Shown here piece by piece: positions 27,024 through 35,900 of a DNA stretch of 64,000 nt (positions within the stretch are counted from its first letter, which is position 1; the number at the start of each line of letters is the position of its first letter). A program made the position numbers and the translations under genes. The stretch spans positions 162,334 through 226,333 of the forward strand of contig JBALWO010000001.1 in NCBI GenBank assembly GCA_036960775.1. Reading direction: 5' to 3'. This DNA comes from Pseudomonas marincola (GTDB lineage Bacteria; Pseudomonadota; Alphaproteobacteria; Sneathiellales; Sneathiellaceae). The notes under the pieces were generated by a model. It had not been told where the DNA came from. It was given only the letters and a program-made list of their open reading frames with translations, and ran no database searches.

Positions 27024-27984
27024 GCCCTAGTTTTTTGCTGAGATTTGTTAGCGGCGTTGCGATCAGCCCTTTTGGAAGTAAAACCACACTGGCCATAAAC
27101 GTAATACCGAGGATGAGGATCCAGTAGTCACCAAATATTTCGGAAAGCCAGCTTTCTGCAATGCGAGTGGCGATTGCACCAAGGAAAGCGGCGAGCAAGA
27201 TTTCTTTGCCGCCAATGGCAACCCAAATCAGAACTTCTGTGGATAATGTAAATCCAATCAGTGTTGGTGATGCGAAACCATCAATGGTCACAAACAAGGC
27301 GCCTGCGAGACCTGCGATTGCAGCGCTGAGGCAGAAGACACTGAGTTTCAGTTTTAAAATACTGAAACCGAAATAGGCTAATCTGTCAGGATTTGTTTTA
27401 ATAGCCGTTAGTAAAATACCATAATCAGACCGCACCAGATATGAGAGACCAAGGGCCACCGAAAAAACAATAGTCCACAGGGCGTAAAAGGCGGGAAGAC
27501 TATCCCACAGCTCAAACGAATAGCCGAACGCACCGAGATTGAGAGGCGGAATATCGAGTAACCCATTGTATCCGCCAAGCGCATACCAATTACTCATCAA
27601 CCGTTCGAGAACAATGGCGATGGCGAGCGTGACAATGGCAAGATATGCGCCGTTGATCCCTTTACCCGCAAATAAAAATGATCCCAGTAGGGCCGCAAAT
27701 GCAGCGGCAATGATCACGGCGGATAGCAGGCCAATATAGCTGTTCATTAACAAGGGAGATATCATCCCCTTCGTTGTGACGGCCATGACGTATGCGCCGA
27801 TACCAAAGAAGATGGCTTGTCCCAAGCACAGAATGCCGCCGTACCCCCAAACAAGGGAGAGAGACAAGGCAAACAAGCCATAAACTAAATAGTAATTAAA
27901 TTGGCTAACCCAGTAATCGCCAACCATAAGGGGCAGCACGGCCAAAATTGCAAATGTGAGAATTAGGGGAAGTTTATTTTTCAT
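27010..27984 (-). CDS. Amide/urea/branched-chain-type ABC permease (UrtC/LivM-like)
   Basis: 'WGYGGILCLGQAIFFGIGAY', 'GAYLAIVTLA', 'VLIWVAIGG'. Start set to ATG 27984. Confidence 0.88.
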   Translation of the reverse strand: MKNKLPLILTFAILAVLPLMVGDYWVSQFNYYLVYGLFALSLSLVWGYGGILCLGQAIFFGIGAYVMAVTTKGMISPLLMNSYIGLLSAVIIAAAFAALLGSFLFAGKGINGAYLAIVTLAIAIVLERLMSNWYALGGYNGLLDIPPLNLGAFGYSFELWDSLPAFYALWTIVFSVALGLSYLVRSDYGILLTAIKTNPDRLAYFGFSILKLKLSVFCLSAAIAGLAGALFVTIDGFASPTLIGFTLSTEVLIWVAIGGKEILLAAFLGAIATRIAESWLSEIFGDYWILILGITFMASVVLLPKGLIATPLTNLSKKLGLKID

Positions 27985-28831
27985 TCTTTCCTCCCAATAT
28001 GCCGTTGGGGCGCAGACGAATAACCAAGATGGCAAGAATAAAGACGGCAATTTGTGCAGCAACCGGTGAGATCCAAACCGTTAGTAAACTGTTGGTTCCG
28101 CCAACGGCACCGCCGCCAACAAGCACGCCTGCAAGTGGGCCTGCACCGCCCACAAGAATTGATAAAAATCCAGGGATCAAATAACCCAATCCCATTTGAG
28201 GATCAACACTGATGGTTGGTGCAATTAGGGCGCCCGCAAGTCCTGCAAGGGCAGTCCCCACCACAAAACTCCATCGATATAGTTTGCGAGTATTTATGCC
28301 AAGACCGGCGGAGGTGTCGGGCCTCGCGATGACAGCACGTGCCATTAAGCCAAAATCGGTTTTAAGAAATAGCCAGAAAGTGCCCGCGATCAACGCAATG
28401 GATATTCCCATGACAATCAAGCGGTACATTGGATATGAAAAATCGCCGAGAACTAGCGTTGTATCAAGGGGGCTTGTAACACTTTGTGCCTCTGGACCGA
28501 AAACGAGGACAATACCCTGTTTCAAGGCAATAGAGAGACCCCAAGTTGCCAATATTGTATCGAGCGGGCGCAAATAAATGTGGCGGATTAATAAGGCTTC
28601 AATTATGAAACCTAGAAAACCCACGACCATAGGAGCAAGAACTAAGCCTGCAACAAAGGGCAGCCCCGCCGATTGTGTCAGAACCATCACATAGGCCCCG
28701 ATCATAAACAACTCACCATGGGCCATATTGATGACGCCCATCATGCCAAAGACAATCATCAAGCCCAATGCAATTAACACAAGGATTAAGACATAGGACA
28801 TGGCGTCGAATAGAGGGATTATTATATCCAT
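27974..28831 (-). CDS. Amide/urea-type ABC permease (UrtB/LivH-like)
   Basis: 'GMMGVINMAHGELFMIGAY', 'LDTILATWG', 'ILVGG'. Confidence 0.9.
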   Translation of the reverse strand: MDIIIPLFDAMSYVLILVLIALGLMIVFGMMGVINMAHGELFMIGAYVMVLTQSAGLPFVAGLVLAPMVVGFLGFIIEALLIRHIYLRPLDTILATWGLSIALKQGIVLVFGPEAQSVTSPLDTTLVLGDFSYPMYRLIVMGISIALIAGTFWLFLKTDFGLMARAVIARPDTSAGLGINTRKLYRWSFVVGTALAGLAGALIAPTISVDPQMGLGYLIPGFLSILVGGAGPLAGVLVGGGAVGGTNSLLTVWISPVAAQIAVFILAILVIRLRPNGILGGKNEK

Positions 28832-28842
28832 AATTGCCGCCC

Positions 28843-29544
28843 CTAAATTGTCAAATAACGATGCAGCAGGGCATCGTCTTGGTTTAATTCAGCCATACTA
28901 CAACTTGCCATTAGCCGGCCGTTTTCCATAAATAAGATGTCTTCAGCCATTGTTTTTACCATATGGACATTCTGTTCGACGAGCAGGATCGTAAGTCCGG
29001 TTTCAGTCGCGATTTGAGACAGTTTCAATCCAATTTCATGGACAATGCTGGGCTGAATACCTTCTGTGGGCTCGTCCAGAAGCAGAACCTCCGGGCGGGT
29101 CATTAACGCCCGTGCCATAGCCAGTATTTGTTGCTGACCGCCTGAAAATGTTCCGGCTTTTTGATCGCGTCGTTCGTGTAAAATTGGGAACCAGTCATAT
29201 ATTTGTGGCAGCAGTGATAAGTTTTTGATTGAGGAGCCTAGCGCCGCTAAGCGTAGGTTTTCATATACTGAAAAATCTTCAAACACTTCCCGGCCTTGGG
29301 GGACATAGCCAATTCCGGATTTAGATATCAAATAAGTAGGCAAGTTTTCAAGCGGGCTGCCTTTAAGCAGAATTTGCCCTGATTTTATAGGTATCAAGCC
29401 CATAATAGCTTTAAGGAGGGTTGTTTTTCCCATTCCATTTCGACCCATGAGTGCCGTGATTTGGCCTTTCGGCAGTGTGAATGTGAAATCATTGAGGACC
29501 ATTGCTTCGCCGTAACCGGCTTTCAATTGTTTTATTTCAAGCAT
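28843..29544 (-). CDS. ABC ATPase (UrtE/LivF-like)
   Basis: GRNGMGKT, 'YVPQGREVF', 'SGGQQQ', 'LLLDEPTEGIQPSIV'. Start set to ATG 29544 (8-bp overlap with the upstream gene). Confidence 0.9.
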   Translation of the reverse strand: MLEIKQLKAGYGEAMVLNDFTFTLPKGQITALMGRNGMGKTTLLKAIMGLIPIKSGQILLKGSPLENLPTYLISKSGIGYVPQGREVFEDFSVYENLRLAALGSSIKNLSLLPQIYDWFPILHERRDQKAGTFSGGQQQILAMARALMTRPEVLLLDEPTEGIQPSIVHEIGLKLSQIATETGLTILLVEQNVHMVKTMAEDILFMENGRLMASCSMAELNQDDALLHRYLTI

Positions 29545-30274
29545 GGTTTGAGCCTGCATTTCCAAAATACAATTCTTGAACATCTTTATCATTGCGGATC
29601 GTTTGAAAATCGCCGGATTTAAGGATGCTACCTCGTGCCATAACGGCAAGTGGGCATTGAAGTTGTTCTATAAAGCCAATGTCATGCTCAATCACCAACA
29701 CTGTAACGTCACCTTCCTTATTTATGCTTTTGATGAGCTCCGCAGTGGCAGCCGTTTCTATGGTAGTCATGCCGGCTGTGGGCTCGTCCAATAAAACCAG
29801 TTTGGGCGACTGGGCTAAAATCATTCCGATTTCTAACCATTGTTTTTCACCATGAGATAATTGATCGGCGATTAAGTCGGATTTTTCAGTCAAATTGATC
29901 AAGGACAATATTTCAATCAGTGACTGCTTGACCTGTTTTCGTGACTGAGAAGAACTTGACTGGAGAGTAGGAACCTTCAGATTTTGAAAAACGGTGAGTT
30001 CTGAAAAAATGGCAGGAACTTGAAATTTACGGCCCATGCCCATGCGGGCAATTTCCTGAGCCGGCAGGGGCGTGATGTCCACGCCTTCAAACAAGATAGT
30101 CCCCATAGTGGGTGCGAATGTTCCGCTGATGAGGTTAAAAATCGTTGATTTACCACAGCCATTGGGTCCTATAAGGGCGGTTAAGCTGCCTTTTTCAAGA
30201 CTTAGCGAAAAGTCGTCTACTGCTTTTAGGCCACCGAATCTCTTGGTAAGGGAATGAAGCTCAAGAAATGACAT
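29537..30274 (-). CDS. ABC ATPase (UrtD/LivG-like)
   Basis: GPNGCGKS, 'GRKFQ', 'LSHGEKQWLEIG', 'LLDEPTAG'. Start set to ATG 30274. Confidence 0.9.
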   Translation of the reverse strand: MSFLELHSLTKRFGGLKAVDDFSLSLEKGSLTALIGPNGCGKSTIFNLISGTFAPTMGTILFEGVDITPLPAQEIARMGMGRKFQVPAIFSELTVFQNLKVPTLQSSSSQSRKQVKQSLIEILSLINLTEKSDLIADQLSHGEKQWLEIGMILAQSPKLVLLDEPTAGMTTIETAATAELIKSINKEGDVTVLVIEHDIGFIEQLQCPLAVMARGSILKSGDFQTIRNDKDVQELYFGNAGSNHA

Positions 30275-30286
30275 GTTAGTTACTCT

Positions 30287-30445
30287 TAGACATAAGTAGA
30301 CATACGAAACTGAGCGTCGAAACATCAGTAAACAAACGAAATTTTTATAGGCGTACAAAAGGTAATGCCCATTTTTAGCTCATAATCCCAAATAAAACTT
30401 ATTTTTTTAGTCGCAGCACTTGAAGTAGATCCGAAATTAGACATA
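30287..30445. repeat. Three copies of TAGACATA in the divergent promoter region
   Basis: Exact copies at 30287-30294, 30297-30304 and 30438-30445. Confidence 0.6.
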
Positions 30446-30531
30446 AAGATCGCATCTGAGGTCTAGATGTAAATCATTTTTTATGATTTATTATTGTTTG
30501 TAAACGAATAAAATATAAATGGGGGTCGTCG

Positions 30532-31701
30532 ATGTTAAAACTTACACGTAGAAAACTTCTCGTATCAGCAAGTGCCGCAGCCGCGGTAAGTAGTATCGGT
30601 ATGCCAGCGATAGCAGCAGGCAAAACAATTAAAATTGGTGCAGTGCAGCCTTTCTCTGGCGGGTTGGAGCTTTTTGGCAAACAAGCCCAAATGGGTCTTG
30701 ATCTAGCGACTGCAGAAATTAATGCGGCTGGCGGTATCATGGGCCATAAGGTCGAAATGCTATATGAAGATAACAAAACGGACCCAAAAACATCAGTTGA
30801 GCGTGCCCGCAAAGTTATTCAGCGCGACGATGTGATGGCTGTGTCAGGCCCGATTACGTCTGCTGCGCGTGATGCAATGGCAGGAACCATGAAGCGTTTG
30901 AAGACGCCCCTTCTATACGCAACGAATTATGAGGGCGGCATCTGCGATCGTTATTTATTCTCGTTTAATACCGTGCCTAATCAAGATACAGCGCCGCTTA
31001 TTCCTTATCTAAAGGATCAAGGTATTGGAAACAGCTATTACATGTTTGGTGCCGATTATGTTTGGCCGCGCAATATGTTTAAGGCTGCGGGCGAGATGAT
31101 CAAGCAGGTGGGCGGACAAGCTCTCGGCGAAGAATACACACCGTTTGGGGTAAAAGATTTCTCGTCTGTTATTCGGAAAATTGCAGATTCTGGCGCGAAA
31201 ATCCTATTGTTCGCGCTTCCAGGCGCAGATGGTATTACTTTCATTAAACAAGCTGAAGAATTTGGTTTGATGAAAAAGGTCACCATCGCATTTTTGGGGT
31301 TTGCTGAAACTTATCTCGGTGCGTTTGGCGCAGGGAAGGGTGAGGGCATGTATGCAGGCCTTCCGATGGTTGCCAATTCTAAAGAAGCTGGTGTGCAGGA
31401 GTTTGTATCGAAAATCCGCAAACGCGAAGGTGATGATGCCATCGTCTCATTCTACGTTATGACCCATTACAATTCCCTAATGGCTGTAAAGGCTGGAATG
31501 GAAAGAGCTGGCAAAGTGGACAAAGAAAGCCTAATCGACGGTATGGCGGGACTTTCGTTCGACATTCCCACAGGTAAAGCAAGCATTACAGCAGAAGATC
31601 ACCATGTGGCCATGAATATGTATATTGGCAAAACAGGCGGCGGTACGCTGAATGTCGAGAAATCACTGGGACTGATTACGCCTTCTCCTCAGTGCAGCTG
31701 A
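30532..31701 (+). CDS. Periplasmic binding protein, AmiC/UrtA family, Tat-exported
   Basis: Twin-arginine signal 'TRRKLL'; 'PFSGGLELFG', 'YATNYEGG', 'GADYVWPR'. Confidence 0.88.
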   Translation: MLKLTRRKLLVSASAAAAVSSIGMPAIAAGKTIKIGAVQPFSGGLELFGKQAQMGLDLATAEINAAGGIMGHKVEMLYEDNKTDPKTSVERARKVIQRDDVMAVSGPITSAARDAMAGTMKRLKTPLLYATNYEGGICDRYLFSFNTVPNQDTAPLIPYLKDQGIGNSYYMFGADYVWPRNMFKAAGEMIKQVGGQALGEEYTPFGVKDFSSVIRKIADSGAKILLFALPGADGITFIKQAEEFGLMKKVTIAFLGFAETYLGAFGAGKGEGMYAGLPMVANSKEAGVQEFVSKIRKREGDDAIVSFYVMTHYNSLMAVKAGMERAGKVDKESLIDGMAGLSFDIPTGKASITAEDHHVAMNMYIGKTGGGTLNVEKSLGLITPSPQCS

Positions 31702-31725
31702 ACCTAGAAAATATGTGAGGATAAA

Positions 31726-32454
31726 ATGCAAACTCAAAAAATAACAAAAGACCTCAGCGATGTTATGCCTTTGGCATTCTGCGCTTTAGATCTAAAGGCT
31801 GATTGTAAGCGGGTTGGGCTGGTTATTGTTGACGAAATCAATGGGTTTGCAACGGTGGGGGCGGGAAATCTCGCCCCGCCAACTCCCAATGAACAAGTGT
31901 CAACCATGGTTTCAGAAACTGATCAGTTGGCGCGTGATTTTACAGGGGAAAATTGGCCAATACTTGCGTTTTTGGACACTCATGTTCCCGGCAAGGAAGA
32001 GCCGCCCTATCCGCCGCACTGCGAAAGCGGGACCGGTGAAGAAGAGCTGGTGCCTGAGCTGAAATGGCTAGAAGATGATGCGAACACGACATTGGTGCGC
32101 AAGGATTGCATCAATGGTTTCATCGGTGCGTTTGCTGATGACGGAACAAATGCAGTTGTTGAATGGGTAAAGGCCAATGGTATAACGGATTTGTTGGTGG
32201 TGGGTATCTGCACTGATATTTGCGTGATGGATTTCGTGCTTACCAGTTTAAGCGCCCGTAATCACGAAATGATGCCGGGACTTACCAATATTCATGTTTA
32301 CGACAAAGGGTGTTCCACATACGATTTACCCAAAGAAGTCGCGCTGGAAGCTGGCTTGCCAGCAGTTGCCGCCCATCCTCAAAATATTACACATTATATG
32401 GGGCTTTATTTTATGGCTTCGCGCGGTGCAAATCTGGTGAATAATATTATCTAA
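31726..32454 (+). CDS. Cysteine hydrolase (isochorismatase fold), probable nicotinamidase of the plant NIC1 type
   Basis: Catalytic D ('IVDEING'), K ('RKDCING') and C ('GICTDICV'); metal ligands 'FLDTH' and 'YPPHC'; strong recalled resemblance to Arabidopsis NIC1. Confidence 0.8.
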   Translation: MQTQKITKDLSDVMPLAFCALDLKADCKRVGLVIVDEINGFATVGAGNLAPPTPNEQVSTMVSETDQLARDFTGENWPILAFLDTHVPGKEEPPYPPHCESGTGEEELVPELKWLEDDANTTLVRKDCINGFIGAFADDGTNAVVEWVKANGITDLLVVGICTDICVMDFVLTSLSARNHEMMPGLTNIHVYDKGCSTYDLPKEVALEAGLPAVAAHPQNITHYMGLYFMASRGANLVNNII

Positions 32455-32552
32455 GAACACATAGATCCATTTGAGTTAGTCTTTAGTTCAATTTGCTTAG
32501 TGGAAACAGTCTGACGAAAAACGTTTCGTTGGCAAATTAGTCTGGGTATCAA

Positions 32553-32933
32553 ATGCGTTTCGAAAAATTGAGAACTTGGGCAAGGGCAGTTAAGCGAGAT
32601 GTTATCGCTTTGTGGATTGCGGCAAGAGACGCTCGAACTCCTTGGCATGCTAAAGCTGTTGCCATTATTGTCGCGGCTTACGCCTTGTCTCCTATTGATT
32701 TGATCCCGGACTTCATTCCAATTATCGGTTATTTGGATGACATTCTTCTCGTTCCGCTTGGCATTCTTCTCGCGATATGGCTGATCCCGGCTTCGTTGAT
32801 GGCGGAATTTCGGAAGAAGGCCGATGAACTTGAAAAGCGACCCGTTAGTCGTATTGCAGCAGTGCTAGTCGTTCTAGCTTGGGTAATCTGCGGGTTATGG
32901 TTGATGCACTGGTATCTGAATTTTAATGCATAA
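32553..32933 (+). CDS. YkvA / DUF1232 membrane protein
   Basis: 'AYALSPIDLIPDFIPIIGYLDD'. Confidence 0.9.
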   Translation: MRFEKLRTWARAVKRDVIALWIAARDARTPWHAKAVAIIVAAYALSPIDLIPDFIPIIGYLDDILLVPLGILLAIWLIPASLMAEFRKKADELEKRPVSRIAAVLVVLAWVICGLWLMHWYLNFNA

Positions 32934-32960
32934 ATTAAACTTATAAAAATGATTATTAAT

Positions 32961-32975
32961 ATCGATTTTACTTAT
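32961..32975. promoter_or_regulatory. LysR-type box (T-N11-A), copy 3, upstream of phnA
   Basis: ATCGATTTTACTTAT, 10/15 identical to copy 2. Confidence 0.55.
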
Positions 32976-33005
32976 TCATAATCTGTTTCTATACTCTTCA
33001 TAATC

Positions 33006-33056
33006 CTGTAACAGTGCTGTAGCATCGTTGCAGATTGCGTTGTAAAATAATATAAC
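33006..33056 (+). promoter_or_regulatory. Pho-box-like direct repeats and sigma70 promoter of phnAY
   Basis: CTGTAAC-agtg-CTGTAGC-atcg-TTGCAGA at an 11-bp period; TTGCAG-N17-TATAAC. Confidence 0.55.
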
Positions 33057-33090
33057 CGCAAAGAATTTTTGATGAGTAAAGGACAGATGA

Positions 33091-34329
33091 ATGTCGAAAG
33101 ATAATGTGACGGTAAATGGCCGTGAATATGCATGGCCCAAACAACCAGTCGTCGTCGTATGTATTGACGGCAGCGAGCCTGCATATATCGAGCAAGCCAT
33201 CAGAGATGGTGTGATGCCGTATATGGAGAAAGCATTGGCCTCTGGCGCTGATTTGCGCGCTGAATGTGTTGTGCCAAGCTTTACGAACCCGAACAATCTT
33301 TCAATTGTCACCGGACAACCACCGAAAGTACACGGGATTTGCGGCAACTATTTTTATGACGTTGAAGCCGACGCAGAGGTCATGATGAATGACCCGAAAT
33401 TCTTGCGTGTACCGACAATCTTTAAAGCCTTTTTTGATCAAGGCGCGAAAATTGCCGTTGTCACTGCGAAAGATAAACTTCGCACATTGCTCGGTAATGG
33501 TCTTGATGTGACAAGTGGCCGTGCTATCTGTTTTTCATCTGAAAAATCTGCAGAAGCCACACTCGCGGAAAATGGTATTGATGACGCTGCAAGCTGGCTC
33601 GGACGCGAAGTCCCATCTGTTTATTCCGCTGAATTGAGCGAATTTATTTTTGCCAGTGGCGTCAAATTGATGGATGAGTACAAACCAGATTTGATGTATC
33701 TCTCAACAACCGATTATATCCAGCATAAGCATGCGCCGGGAACTCCGGTTGCTAACGAATTCTATGCAATGCTTGATAAATATATGGCAGAGCTTGATGC
33801 GCGCGGCGCGGTTATCGCGCTCACGGCTGATCATGGTATGAAACCAAAATTTGGATCAGACGGACAGCCTGACGTTATCTACCTACAAGATGTTCTTGAT
33901 GAATGGTTGGGTGAGGGCGAAGCTCGTGTGATCCTTCCAATTACAGATCCATATGTTGTCCATCACGGTGCTCTAGGATCGTTCGCCACAGCCTACATTC
34001 CAGCAGATAAGCGCGCTGAAGTCATTGAACGCTTTAAATCTTTGGACGGGATTATGGAGAGCCTTTCTCGTGAAGATGGCTGTGCCAAATTCGAGTTACC
34101 TGAAGACCGTACTGGCGATATCATTTTGGTATCAACAGTGAATAAGGTGCTTGGTACAAGTGCAAGTCGGCATGATCTGTCTGCTCTAAAAGAGCCTCTT
34201 CGCTCTCACGGTGGTATTTCAGAACAAATTGTTCCGCTACTTTGTAACCGTCCTGCAGGTGCCATCGATGATGGTCGTCGTCTGCGGAATTTCGATATTT
34301 TCGATATGGCATTGAATTTCGCGCAATAG
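33091..34329 (+). CDS. phnA: Phosphonoacetate hydrolase
   Basis: 'VVVVCIDG', '[14 protein letters not shown]', '[15 protein letters not shown]', 'TADHGM', 'RSHGG'. Confidence 0.96.
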   Translation: MSKDNVTVNGREYAWPKQPVVVVCIDGSEPAYIEQAIRDGVMPYMEKALASGADLRAECVVPSFTNPNNLSIVTGQPPKVHGICGNYFYDVEADAEVMMNDPKFLRVPTIFKAFFDQGAKIAVVTAKDKLRTLLGNGLDVTSGRAICFSSEKSAEATLAENGIDDAASWLGREVPSVYSAELSEFIFASGVKLMDEYKPDLMYLSTTDYIQHKHAPGTPVANEFYAMLDKYMAELDARGAVIALTADHGMKPKFGSDGQPDVIYLQDVLDEWLGEGEARVILPITDPYVVHHGALGSFATAYIPADKRAEVIERFKSLDGIMESLSREDGCAKFELPEDRTGDIILVSTVNKVLGTSASRHDLSALKEPLRSHGGISEQIVPLLCNRPAGAIDDGRRLRNFDIFDMALNFAQ

Positions 34330-34337
34330 GAGACATC

Positions 34338-35774
34338 ATGGCTCAGGGAAGAAACGTTCGCAACGAGGCGATGAGAATTGCCGGTGAACATGTTACGACA
34401 GAAAATAGCATCGATGTCATCAACCCGTTCACCAAGGACGTGGTTGGAACTGTCCCTATGGGGCAGGTGGAACATGTTCGCAAAGCCTTTAAAGTGGCTG
34501 CTGAGTATCAGCCAACATTGTCGCGCCATCAACGATATGAAATTTTGCAAAAGGCCGCTGATATACTAGTTGCCAGAAAAGATGAAATTTCAGACGTTAT
34601 TACTTCTGAAGCCGGTCTTTGTAAGAAAGATAGCTTGTATGAAGTCGGACGGGCCTATGATGTGTTTAGTCTTTCTGCACGTCTTTGTATCATAGATGAT
34701 GGCGAGATTTATTCTTGCGACATCACGCCTCACGGTAAAGAACGTAAGATTTTCACTTTGCGGGAACCTCTTACTGCGATCAGTGCAATTACGCCCTTTA
34801 ACCATCCGTTAAATCAGGTGGCACATAAGATAGCTCCGTCAATTGCGACAAATAACTGCATGGTTCTAAAACCTACGGAAAAAACACCACTGACAGCACT
34901 CTTGCTGGCTGACGTGCTGTATGATGCTGGATTGCCGCCTGAAATGTTCCAGGTGGTAACGGGGCTTCCGGGTGACATTGCGGATGAAATGTTGACCAAT
35001 GAAAATGCAGAACTTGTAACCTTTACCGGCGGTGTTCCCATTGGGAAATACATCGCAGGAAAAGCGGGCTACAAGCGGAAAGTGTTGGAACTTGGTGGCA
35101 ATGATCCGCTGATTGTTATGAAAGATGCGGATCTTGAAAAAGCATCAGATCTAGCCGTTGCCGGTTCTTTCAAAAATTCGGGCCAGCGCTGCACTGCCGT
35201 TAAACGTATTTTGGTGGATGACAGTATTGCCGACGACTTCGTGGCACTTTTGACTGAAAAAGCGTCAAAAATGAAATATGGCAATCCCTACGATCCAGAA
35301 ATGGATATGGGTACTGTCATTAATGAAGCGTCTGCAATTCAGTTTGAAACCCGCGTAAATGATGCGATTTCCAACGGTGCTAAACTGACGTACGGCAATA
35401 TTCGTGACGGGGCTCTTTACTCGCCAACAGTTGTTGATCACGTTCCGTTTGATTGCGAATTGGTCCGCGAAGAAACTTTTGGACCCGTTGCGCCTGTTAT
35501 TCGCTTTAAAGATATTGATGATGCTATTCGCATTTCAAACTCCACTGCATTTGGTTTGTCATCCGGTGTTTGTACGGATAACTGGAAAAGCATTCAGCGT
35601 TTCATCAAAGAATTGAAAGTGGGCACGGTTAATGTCTGGGAGGTTCCGGGCTACCGTATCGAGATGTCCCCATTTGGCGGCATTAAAGATTCGGGTCTTG
35701 GTTACAAAGAAGGCGTGTTGGAAGCTATGAAAAGCTTTACCAATTTGAAGACTTATTCCCTACCTTGGGACTAA
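34338..35774 (+). CDS. phnY: Phosphonoacetaldehyde dehydrogenase
   Basis: ALDH motifs plus the PhnY-type '[14 protein letters not shown]', '[11 protein letters not shown]', '[17 protein letters not shown]'; 8 bp after phnA. Confidence 0.93.
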   Translation: MAQGRNVRNEAMRIAGEHVTTENSIDVINPFTKDVVGTVPMGQVEHVRKAFKVAAEYQPTLSRHQRYEILQKAADILVARKDEISDVITSEAGLCKKDSLYEVGRAYDVFSLSARLCIIDDGEIYSCDITPHGKERKIFTLREPLTAISAITPFNHPLNQVAHKIAPSIATNNCMVLKPTEKTPLTALLLADVLYDAGLPPEMFQVVTGLPGDIADEMLTNENAELVTFTGGVPIGKYIAGKAGYKRKVLELGGNDPLIVMKDADLEKASDLAVAGSFKNSGQRCTAVKRILVDDSIADDFVALLTEKASKMKYGNPYDPEMDMGTVINEASAIQFETRVNDAISNGAKLTYGNIRDGALYSPTVVDHVPFDCELVREETFGPVAPVIRFKDIDDAIRISNSTAFGLSSGVCTDNWKSIQRFIKELKVGTVNVWEVPGYRIEMSPFGGIKDSGLGYKEGVLEAMKSFTNLKTYSLPWD

Positions 35775-35790
35775 TCGTTCTTACTAATTA

Positions 35791-35823
35791 AAAAGGCCAC
35801 GTTTAACGACGCGGCCTTTTTTT
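35791..35823 (+). terminator. Intrinsic terminator of phnAY
   Basis: AAAAGGCCaCGT-TTAACG-ACGcGGCCTTTT (one mismatch) with a T run to 35823. Confidence 0.85.
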
Positions 35824-35900
35824 ATGGATTTTTTTCAGTTTTCTTGATCAACTTGCGAGCATTAAGGCAACCTAAGTCAGTCCTGCTGGGAAGAAGTTTC

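Noticed and set aside
27010-31701. Urea transporter (urtABCDE) call
   Set aside because: No urease genes nearby, the layout differs, and the context favours another amide. The family is kept but the substrate is not assigned.
15153-33090. Mobile element or genomic island explaining the split of the phn genes
   Set aside because: No integrase, transposase, tRNA target or flanking direct repeat is visible, and ung is a housekeeping gene. An ancient rearrangement cannot be excluded.
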